A stretch of DNA of 44,590 nucleotides from Planctomycetaceae bacterium (lineage in GTDB: Bacteria; Planctomycetota; Planctomycetia; Pirellulales; Thermoguttaceae): positions 1-44,590 of the forward strand of contig JAITOZ010000008.1 in assembly GCA_031289675.1 (NCBI GenBank), written 5' to 3'. A model generated the notes under the pieces. That model searched no databases, was not told where the DNA came from, and saw nothing but the letters and a program-made list of their open reading frames with translations. The translations under genes and the position numbers were made by a program. Below, in pieces: positions 8,523 through 15,469 of the stretch (its first letter is position 1; the number at the start of each line of letters is the position of its first letter).

Positions 8523-10142
8523 ATGTTCCGAACAACAATCTTTTCGTTTTGTCTTGCCGGCTTACTGACCGCTAACACTATATCGGCTTACGACATTGTC
8601 ATTTACGGCGGAACCTGTTCGGCTGTCACGGCGGCAATTCAAGCCGAAAAGATGAAGAAGTCCGTCATCATCGTGTCGCCGGATAAACATCTCGGCGGAT
8701 TAAGCAGCAGCGGACTCGGTCTGACCGACTCCGGCAATACCAATTCCATCGGCGGACTCTCCCGCGAATTTTATCAACGCATTTATAACGCTTATCAAGA
8801 TGACAAAGCGTGGAACCGGCAGAAAAAAGATACATACGCTAACGCCGGTCAAGGTACAAAAGCAATGCGGCACGATGACAAGACAATGTGGGCTTTTGAA
8901 CCGCACGTTGCCGAAGCCGTCTTTGAAAATTGGATTAAGGAACACAGCATCGAAGTTGTCCGCAATGCGTACCTCGACCGCGAAAAAGGCATAAAGAAAG
9001 ACGGCAAGAGAATCGTTTCAATAACAACACTGGACGGTAAAACATACGAAGGTAAAGTCTTCATTGACGCAACTTATGAAGGCGATTTAACGGCACTTGC
9101 CGGTGTGCAATACACTGTCGGACGTGAAGCAAACGCACAATACAATGAAACACTCAACGGCAACCAGTTCGATAAAATTAAGCACCATCATTTTGCTAAA
9201 CCGGTTGACCCGTACATCATACAGGGGAAACCGGAAAGCGGAAAAATAAAATACATTGATGACAGCAAAGAGGGCATTGCCGGAGAAGGAGATAAACGTG
9301 TGCAGGCTTATTGTTACAGAATGTGTCTGACCGACTATGAACCGAACCGCGTGCCGTTTCAGAAACCGGAAGGATATGACCCGAACGATTACGAATTATA
9401 CGTCCGTGTATTCCAAACCGGCTGGCGGGGAACGTTTAAGAAGTTCGACCGGATTCCGAATCACAAAACGGACACGAACAATCACGGACCGTTCAGCACC
9501 GATTTTATCGGACAGAATTACGATTATCCCGATGCTTCGTACGAACGGCGGCAGGAGATTCTCGGCGAACATATCCGGTATCAAAAGGGCTTGATGTATT
9601 TCCTTGCGAACGACAGGCGGGTACCGAAAGAAGTACGGGACGCAGCGAGCCGCTGGGGTTATGCGAAAGATGAATTTACCGGCAACGGACATTTTCCGTA
9701 TCAGATATATGTCCGTGAAGCCCGCCGGATGATAGGCAGATATGTGATGACCGAACATAATTGCAGCGGCGGGACACAATGTCCCCAGCCTGTCGGCAAG
9801 GGTTCATACACGATGGATTCGCATAATGTCCGGCGGTACATTACTCCGCAGGGAACGGTACAGAACGAGGGCGATATTCAGGTAAGAACGAAGGATCCCT
9901 ACGGAATTGATTACGGTTCGATTACGCCGAAGCGTGAGGAATGTACGAATCTGTTAGTGCCGGTATGCGTGAGTTGCTCGCATATCGCTTTCGGTTCGAT
10001 ACGAATGGAACCGGTATTTATGATACTCGGTCAAAGTGCGGCAACGGCAGCGGCATTGGCAATCGACAGCGGAGTTGACGTGCAGGATGTCGATTACGAA
10101 AAACTAAAAGTCCGGCTGATTGCCGACGGACAAAGGCTGTAA
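8523..10142 (+). CDS. Secreted FAD-dependent oxidoreductase (FAD_oxidored family)
   Basis: Signal-peptide-like N-terminus followed by the dinucleotide-binding motif YDIVIYGGTCSAVTAAIQAEK...LGGLSSSG. Length is 539 aa. Confidence 0.75.
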   Translation: MFRTTIFSFCLAGLLTANTISAYDIVIYGGTCSAVTAAIQAEKMKKSVIIVSPDKHLGGLSSSGLGLTDSGNTNSIGGLSREFYQRIYNAYQDDKAWNRQKKDTYANAGQGTKAMRHDDKTMWAFEPHVAEAVFENWIKEHSIEVVRNAYLDREKGIKKDGKRIVSITTLDGKTYEGKVFIDATYEGDLTALAGVQYTVGREANAQYNETLNGNQFDKIKHHHFAKPVDPYIIQGKPESGKIKYIDDSKEGIAGEGDKRVQAYCYRMCLTDYEPNRVPFQKPEGYDPNDYELYVRVFQTGWRGTFKKFDRIPNHKTDTNNHGPFSTDFIGQNYDYPDASYERRQEILGEHIRYQKGLMYFLANDRRVPKEVRDAASRWGYAKDEFTGNGHFPYQIYVREARRMIGRYVMTEHNCSGGTQCPQPVGKGSYTMDSHNVRRYITPQGTVQNEGDIQVRTKDPYGIDYGSITPKREECTNLLVPVCVSCSHIAFGSIRMEPVFMILGQSAATAAALAIDSGVDVQDVDYEKLKVRLIADGQRL

Positions 10143-10184
10143 TTTTGACCGGCAAAACTACACGGCAAGACGACAAATAGAGCA

Positions 10185-10817
10185 GTGCAAATCCTTTACG
10201 AAGACAATCATCTTATTGCCCTTATTAAGCCCTGCGGAATTGCCGTGATGGGGCTGCCCGCCGGTCAGGAAACGCTCCTCACGCAAACAAAAGCCTATAT
10301 TAAGGAAAAATATCACAAACCCGGCGAAGTCTATCTCGGCGTTGTCAGCCGGCTTGATGTCCCTGTGTCCGGTGTGGTCTTGTTTGCCCGAACGTCCAAA
10401 GCAGCCGCCAGAATCAACGAACAATTCCGTTCGCATAGCGTTGAAAAAATTTATGCCGCAATCATTGAAGGACGAATTTATCCGCCGGAAGCAGGGTGTT
10501 TTGATAAAATTGAAAATGACAAGCGGCACCGCAAGGCACATATTACGGATAATCCCGAAGGCAAGGAATCGCTGCTGCGTTATAAGACACTTCGGCACGT
10601 TGGAAAAAACACGCTGCTGGAAATCGAATTGGGAACGGGACGCAAACATCAGATTCGTATTCAGTTATCAAGCCGGGGATATCCGATACTCGGCGACATT
10701 AAGTACGGGGCAAAATTGCCGTTCAAAGGCGGCATTGCTTTGCACGCCTGGAAATTGTCTTTTGACCATCCGGTAACGAAAGAACGGATTAAACTCGCTG
10801 CACCGGTGCCGTTTTAA
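10185..10817 (+). CDS. RluA-family pseudouridine synthase, catalytic domain only
   Basis: RLDVPVSGVVLFA (catalytic Asp motif) and GRKHQIRIQL motifs. GTG start. No S4 domain. Confidence 0.85.
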   Translation: MQILYEDNHLIALIKPCGIAVMGLPAGQETLLTQTKAYIKEKYHKPGEVYLGVVSRLDVPVSGVVLFARTSKAAARINEQFRSHSVEKIYAAIIEGRIYPPEAGCFDKIENDKRHRKAHITDNPEGKESLLRYKTLRHVGKNTLLEIELGTGRKHQIRIQLSSRGYPILGDIKYGAKLPFKGGIALHAWKLSFDHPVTKERIKLAAPVPF

Positions 10818-10902
10818 TATAGCGGGGGAGCAGGCAGCGGAGAGTACAATTCCCAGCCGGATTCGGTATAATCAAACAGCACAGCGGTACAGGAACGCAA
10901 CA

Positions 10903-11652
10903 ATGTCAACCAATCAGAATTCAGGGGACAGCCGGCGGCGCGGCGAGTTTGACGATGCTCTCAAAGGCTATTATCAGGACCACGATGAAGTTATTCCTGA
11001 AGAAAATACCGATTACCGGTCACTGACGGCGGAGTCTGTCGGGTCATTCGTACTTGGTTTTCTCTCGCTCTTGACTTTCATCAGCGGCATTTTTATCGTT
11101 TTTCCGATACTCGGTATTATTCTCGGTACGCTGGCTGTCCGTAAAATTCTGGGGGCTTCCAAAGAACTCGGCGGACTCGGTATCGCCTCGGCAGGCGTTG
11201 CTCTGTCGGTACTTTGCGCAACGGCGGGGCTGTCATACCAGGTCTATACGGCTTCGTTTCAGATTCCGCCGGGCTATGTTCCCCTTACCTTTGCCGATTT
11301 GGCAGCCGACCCCGTAACGGGAGAAATACCGAAAGAAGTGCTTGCTTTGGCGTTACGTACTGACCCGCAAAGCAATGAAGTAAGCGGTACGCCGGTGTTC
11401 ATTGAAGGCTATATGTTTCCGACGCGGCAGCGGACAGAAATTACAAACTTTATGCTGGTTCCGTCTATCGAACAAAATAAATTCGGCGCAGCAACGCGTA
11501 ATCCGTCAGAGATGGTTGATGTAACCTTGCGGGGAGAATTAGCAACGGAATACAAAACCAATCAGGTACGCGTCGGCGGAATGTTGACGGTCAAAGAGCA
11601 TCCCGAACCCGGTCAAACGCCGTACTCTCTCGATGCTGACGTGTTCAGATAA
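10903..11652 (+). CDS. Membrane protein with a C-terminal DUF3299-like domain
   Basis: Two N-terminal TM helices. The C-terminal pattern VFIEGYMFP...ITNFMLVPS resembles DUF3299 as I remember it. Not verified. Confidence 0.4.
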   Translation: MSTNQNSGDSRRRGEFDDALKGYYQDHDEVIPEENTDYRSLTAESVGSFVLGFLSLLTFISGIFIVFPILGIILGTLAVRKILGASKELGGLGIASAGVALSVLCATAGLSYQVYTASFQIPPGYVPLTFADLAADPVTGEIPKEVLALALRTDPQSNEVSGTPVFIEGYMFPTRQRTEITNFMLVPSIEQNKFGAATRNPSEMVDVTLRGELATEYKTNQVRVGGMLTVKEHPEPGQTPYSLDADVFR

Positions 11653-11746
11653 GTTTTTATCTCCGCCTGCGGTTGTTCCGCCGAGTATTTACAAGATAGG
11701 GTAAAACTGACATCGCTGCTATTTCAGAACGAACGTATGACATTGG

Positions 11747-11842
11747 GGAATTGATAATTGAGTATTGATAACGGACAATGAAGGAAATTAAAAACGCACC
11801 GCCTGCTTAATTATCAATTATCCATTCTTAATTATCAATTCC
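11747..11842. mobile_element. 96-bp MITE-like palindromic element
   Basis: Perfect 13-bp terminal inverted repeats: GGAATTGATAATT (11747-11759) and AATTATCAATTCC (11830-11842), extendable to about 20/23 matches. Four copies of ATTGATAA/TTATCAAT, two forward and two reverse. A 14-nt direct repeat CTTAATTATCAATT at 11806 and 11827 (21-nt period). Confidence 0.5.
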
Positions 11843-11892
11843 ATTTCGTTATTCTGCTTCATCGAAGAGCGGACGGAGAGCATTGGGACGTA

Positions 11893-12168
11893 ATGCTGGA
11901 AACGGAGTCGGCACTTGATACGTGGTCGATTCCGCCGCAAAACATCAACGGCGAAAATTTCACTGCTCCTGCCGAAACACTGCCGCCGCACCGCAAGGCG
12001 TACTTAAATTACGAGGGCGAAGTTTCCGGTCATCGGGGAAACGTCTGCCGCATCGACACCGGCACTTATGCTGCCCTGTCGCCGGACGTGTTTCTGCTTG
12101 ACGGTCAGATTTTTAGCGGCACGCTGACCGCTGCGCAAAATGCACTCGTTTTTGTAAGCGGCAAGTGA
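11893..12168 (+). CDS. Small LigD_N (3'-phosphoesterase-fold)-like protein, probably 5'-disrupted
   Basis: The pattern HWDVMLE...L.TW...A..L..HR..YL.YEG.VSG.RG.V...D.G.Y resembles LigD N-terminal-domain proteins. The conserved strand HFVILLHRRADGE lies in frame upstream of the first ATG (open from 11782) with no ATG/GTG/TTG. An in-frame ATG at 11737 sits just beyond the 96-bp element. Confidence 0.5.
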   Translation: MLETESALDTWSIPPQNINGENFTAPAETLPPHRKAYLNYEGEVSGHRGNVCRIDTGTYAALSPDVFLLDGQIFSGTLTAAQNALVFVSGK

Positions 12169-12238
12169 TACAGCGATATTATCAAAGGCGGCGGCAGGCA
12201 GCGTACCCGCTGTTATACTGATACTGCTGCTTTGCGTT

Positions 12239-12724
12239 TTAATCGTTGCCTCCGTCTTCCTCTAACTTACCCGCCGCTTCGCCTTCCAGCGTCAGAATTA
12301 ACTTATCGTTCCTGCCCTTCCTGACCGTTATCTTCAAGTCCGACGTTTCCGCTTTGAGATACTTTTCCGGCACCATCTGCGTCCGCTGCGGATGGTAGTT
12401 TTTCGCCCCTATACGCCGCACCTCTGCCGCCGGAAGAATACCCTCCGATTCGATTTTCGATACCGAAATCAAATACTCGCCCGGCTGTACGCCATCGTTA
12501 GAGTGCAGTGTCGTAACCTGAAAATTGCCGCCGGCTCCGCTCAACGCAGCGGCTCCGCGGGTGTCCGGCGTTTGAGGAGAAAACGAAATCGTTGCCCCCT
12601 CAAGAGGCTGACCATTGAGCGTAATCGTCCCGCTGACTTTGGAAAGCCCCTTTAACCCCCGCTGTCCGCAGCCGGCGATAGATAATGTAACAATAAGTAA
12701 TGTAATGATAATAATATGTTTCAT
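12239..12724 (-). CDS. Lipoprotein with a carboxypeptidase-regulatory/transthyretin-like beta-sandwich, partner of the DUF1559 gene
   Basis: Lipobox LSIAGC after a hydrophobic N-terminus, then VSGTITLNGQPLEGATISFSP. It lies directly downstream of the DUF1559 gene. From memory, this gene pairing is common in Planctomycetota. Confidence 0.7.
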   Translation of the reverse strand: MKHIIIITLLIVTLSIAGCGQRGLKGLSKVSGTITLNGQPLEGATISFSPQTPDTRGAAALSGAGGNFQVTTLHSNDGVQPGEYLISVSKIESEGILPAAEVRRIGAKNYHPQRTQMVPEKYLKAETSDLKITVRKGRNDKLILTLEGEAAGKLEEDGGND

Positions 12725-12839
12725 AAGTATTATGGTTAAGTGACTAGTGGTGAGTGACTAGTGACGCGTGGTTAGTTATCCATTTCGACCGCAGGTCGAA
12801 TGACTCGCCACTTGCCACTAATCACTAGCCACTAATTAT
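12725..12839. repeat. Intergenic inverted arrays of heptamer repeats around a central palindrome
   Basis: Plus strand: taagtga ctagtgg tgagtga ctagtga cgcgtgg ttagtta ... TTCGACC gcag GGTCGAA ... tgactcg ccacttg ccactaa tcactag ccactaa. That is 5-6 copies of YTAGTGR on the left and their complement on the right. The structure fills the whole gap between two co-oriented genes. Confidence 0.8.
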
Positions 12840-14262
12840 CTACGGCATTGCCGTTGCCTCTCCGCCGTCGCGGGAGCCGAACGCACCCCAAACGCCGAAG
12901 TTCGAGGGCGAACCGGGTCCCTTCGAGTTTGTCGAGTTCAAGTAACTACTGTCATTGGCGGCGAAATAGGCGGCGGGATTGTTCCAATAGTGCGGCGCAG
13001 CCGACGCTCTGCCGTTGTTTGTCGGGTCCGTTGCCGAGACAACTCCGGTCTGGTTGCCGCAGTCAATCGTTTCTGTAACAAATGCAACCGAAGCATCACA
13101 GCGGGCAAGGTTCACGCCGCCGGTATGATAACTCGTCGGCGGAAGCATACTCACAGAGTGAGGATCCTCATTCGGTCTTCTGCCGACACTGGCAAAAGAC
13201 GGCGAATTAGGAGGTAAAATGTGGTTGTACCACGACTGCGACGGTGCACTGGAATACCAAAGCGTTCCCGCCCAGCCGCTTGTGGGAATGTTCGCAACGT
13301 ATTGTTTTCCTGAGCGGCGGGCTTGAGCGGCACTCGGATTGAAGATTCGATTCACCCTAAAACTTCCTGCAAGACTGTCGGCAGCAGTACTCACATCATT
13401 ACTGGCTCCGAAACGGGAAAAAATGCTGCCGCCGAAGGCTTCATCCACGCCGTCGCCGCAAGCACGCTCGCTGTACATTGCTGTATTGCTGGTTCCGTCT
13501 GTGATGTCGCTCAAAGCCGTTTCCCATATAGGTTGAAACGGTCCGCGGCTGTAAGCCCCCTTTCGAGTCTGATAGTCGCCGCTGTTATCCGCTCTTATGG
13601 CGTAATCCCCCATACTCATCGTATAGTTCCCGCTGCGCCCGAAAGTGGTAAGATTAGTAGCACTCGGGGCAGTGACAGCACTTGAGTCGAAGTTTGTCTG
13701 AAACGATTGGTTGCCGTTGTTGTCGGACGGACAGGCAAGGAAAGCGGCATCGGCAAGGCGGTACTGGTCAACAAGCCAGTACACTTTTGATATTCCGTTG
13801 CCTGACCGGAGTTGGTGAAAACCGTCTTTAGCCCGATAATCGGCTGTCAAGTCATAAGGATGTTCAAAGAGTTCCTTAAACCCTTCGTAGAGTGCTGACT
13901 GTTCGATGAACGGCAGCAGGAACACGTGACCGCTAAACTCCTTAAATTGCGGGTTAGTATCGGCGGGGTCTAACACAGCTTCATATCTGTCAGAGCCGTC
14001 GGGGAAGCGGTTAAAGACATCGTGATGGTTATGCGCAGCGAGGGCAAGTTGCTTCAACTTATTTGAGCATTGCATTCTTCGTGCTGCTTCCCGTGCGGCT
14101 TGCACTGCCGGAAGCAAGAGGGCAATCAGTATGCCGATGATGGCAATGACGACAAGAAGTTCGACGAGAGTGAATCCTATTCTACGGGATTGTTCTCTCT
14201 CTCTTACACTTACGTGAGGTCAATTTTGCAGCACTTTGCTGCGGTGAAACAGTTGTGAACAT
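12840..14262 (-). CDS. DUF1559 protein with prepilin-type N-terminal cleavage/methylation domain; ATG out of frame as sequenced
   Basis: [40 protein letters not shown] followed by a C-terminal [13 protein letters not shown] (H-X9-DG variant). The body frame is open over 12840-14219, but its only canonical start is TTG 14117, inside the TM helix. ATG 14262 (GGAGAA RBS) is in another frame and stops at TAG after 26 codons. Confidence 0.85.
14195..14204. repeat. (CT)5 / (AG)5 dinucleotide tract inside the 5' end of the DUF1559 gene
   Basis: Read directly from tgtt-ctctctctct-tacact. One extra unit would fuse ATG 14262 in frame to the prepilin motif. Confidence 0.9.
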
Positions 14263-14362
14263 TGCAGTTCTCCTTTCAAAAGGCGGTTTTTGCAGAGGCA
14301 CAATACCCCCGCTGTCAACAATAGTGTAACCTATCAACAGACAAATGTCAAGCGGTTTCTGG
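14203..14362. repeat. Copy 2 of the ~160-bp DUF1559 promoter/leader repeat
   Basis: Same alignment as 1-161. Confidence 0.85.
14323..14351 (-). promoter_or_regulatory. Sigma70-like promoter of the DUF1559 gene
   Basis: Minus strand: TTGACA (14351-14346), a 17-nt spacer, then TACACT (14328-14323). Conserved with the copy at 122-150. Confidence 0.5.
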
Positions 14363-14477
14363 GAAAAATTTCAATTTTTTGAAATTCTACGAAAGCGGCA
14401 GTGAGTAGACCTAATACCCCTTGTTTTTGCGGGTTTGCTCTTGAGTGTGCTCTGGCATTGCTAATTCCTTGCTCTTT

Positions 14478-14599
14478 CAGCGAGAAAGCGGATAATGCTG
14501 TTTTGCTTTGCCGCGCCCTTTCCGGCGATTCTCACGTTGCCGCCCATAACGAAACGGACGATTCCGACTGGTGGAAAATTACGGCCGGCACCGGCAAAC
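14478..14599 (+). pseudogene. Duplicated fragment of metX (homoserine O-acetyltransferase)
   Basis: 14491-14599 aligns without indels to 15626-15734 (offset 1135 nt), with about 9 mismatches in 109 nt. It encodes [36 protein letters not shown], versus [36 protein letters not shown] in metX. Nothing resembling the rest of metX flanks it. Confidence 0.8.
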
Positions 14600-14636
14600 G
14601 GCGGCAACAGCGCACAAGATGGGGTGGCGACGGCAC

Positions 14637-14747
14637 GGCGGCGGTTCATTCGTTTATTTTGAGTTAAAGAAGTACAACGAGGAATTTATCGAACGTATCA
14701 ATGCGGCAAAGACGAAAAGCAAATTGGACGAAGTTTATAAAAAAGTG
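14637..14747 (+). pseudogene. Possible remnant of a DNA methyltransferase C-terminal region
   Basis: An AT-rich stretch encodes GGGSFVYFELKKYNEEFIERINAAKTKSKLDEVYKKV. This resembles a segment I remember from COG2189-type (type III Mod-like) methylases. It runs in frame into the CPBP ORF but lies upstream of the plausible ATG at 14748. Not verified. Confidence 0.25.
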
Positions 14748-15431
14748 ATGCAACAACACAAACCGGTTATCATTCTGTTCTACTCCCTTCTCGCTGTATC
14801 GTGCTGGTATTACTTTGCCTTTCCGAAAGCCTTTCCAGTTGTCTCTTGGAATGTCCGGTTTTGGACAGGCTGCGTTCCTTTGCTCTCCGCCTTGTTCCTC
14901 TTCGGTCTCGTTCCGATGTGCATCGTCAAGTTCGTCTTTCGCGAACGTCTTGCCGATTACGGATTGCGTTTAGGAATCCGTTACCGTACCGTCCGGTCGT
15001 TTTGTCTCGCCGCTCCCTTTGTTATTTTGGCAGGTTATTTTACAGGATACAATCCGGCTTTTTACGATGTTTATCCGCTTAACTATGCCGTCCGCACGCA
15101 CGGTCAGCCGCCCGGCGAAACTATCGGACTAGGCATTTTTACTTTTCATTGTGTTTTGTATCTCGGTTATTATTTCGGCTGGGAATTTTTGTTCCGCGGT
15201 TTTATGCAGCACGGACTTTCCGAACGCTGCGGTCTACCGGCGGCAGTTTTGATGCAAACAGCGGCTTCGACAATGCTGCACTACGGGCATCCGGCAAGCG
15301 AAGTCTTCGCTGCTATTGCTGCCGGTCTTGTTTGGGGAACGTTTGCCTACCGGACACAGTCAATTCTCTCCGGCTTCGGACAGCACGCCTTGCTGGGGAT
15401 TGTGCTGGATTATGTCTTGATATACGCTTAA
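14748..15431 (+). CDS. CPBP-family intramembrane glutamic endopeptidase (CAAX protease-like)
   Basis: Polytopic membrane protein with motifs GWEFLFRGF (E-x-x-x-R), TMLHYGH and GQHALLG. The start is placed at ATG 14748. The track ORF extends to 14571 through apparent fragment DNA. Confidence 0.7.
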   Translation: MQQHKPVIILFYSLLAVSCWYYFAFPKAFPVVSWNVRFWTGCVPLLSALFLFGLVPMCIVKFVFRERLADYGLRLGIRYRTVRSFCLAAPFVILAGYFTGYNPAFYDVYPLNYAVRTHGQPPGETIGLGIFTFHCVLYLGYYFGWEFLFRGFMQHGLSERCGLPAAVLMQTAASTMLHYGHPASEVFAAIAAGLVWGTFAYRTQSILSGFGQHALLGIVLDYVLIYA

Positions 15432-15469
15432 CCTTTTGTTAGAATCGTGCAATCATCTAACATTCGACT

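Noticed and set aside
11749-11840. GATAAT-rich motifs resembling Fur boxes
   Set aside because: The hexamers are spaced GATAAT-T-GATAAT. Neither the 19-bp GATAATGATAATCATTATC consensus nor a 7-1-7 inverted repeat is present. The overall TIR architecture fits a MITE or palindromic element better. An operator role cannot be excluded.
14401-14667. 88-aa plus-strand ORF as a real gene
   Set aside because: Its only recognisable content is the duplicated metX fragment. The rest is Cys/Arg-rich with no start context. I call it a pseudogene fragment.
14263-15469. SAM riboswitch or leader upstream of metXW
   Set aside because: I could not find SAM-I, SAM-II or SAM-V-like conserved cores. The metX 5' gap is only 38 nt. 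A covariance-model scan (Rfam) would be decisive.
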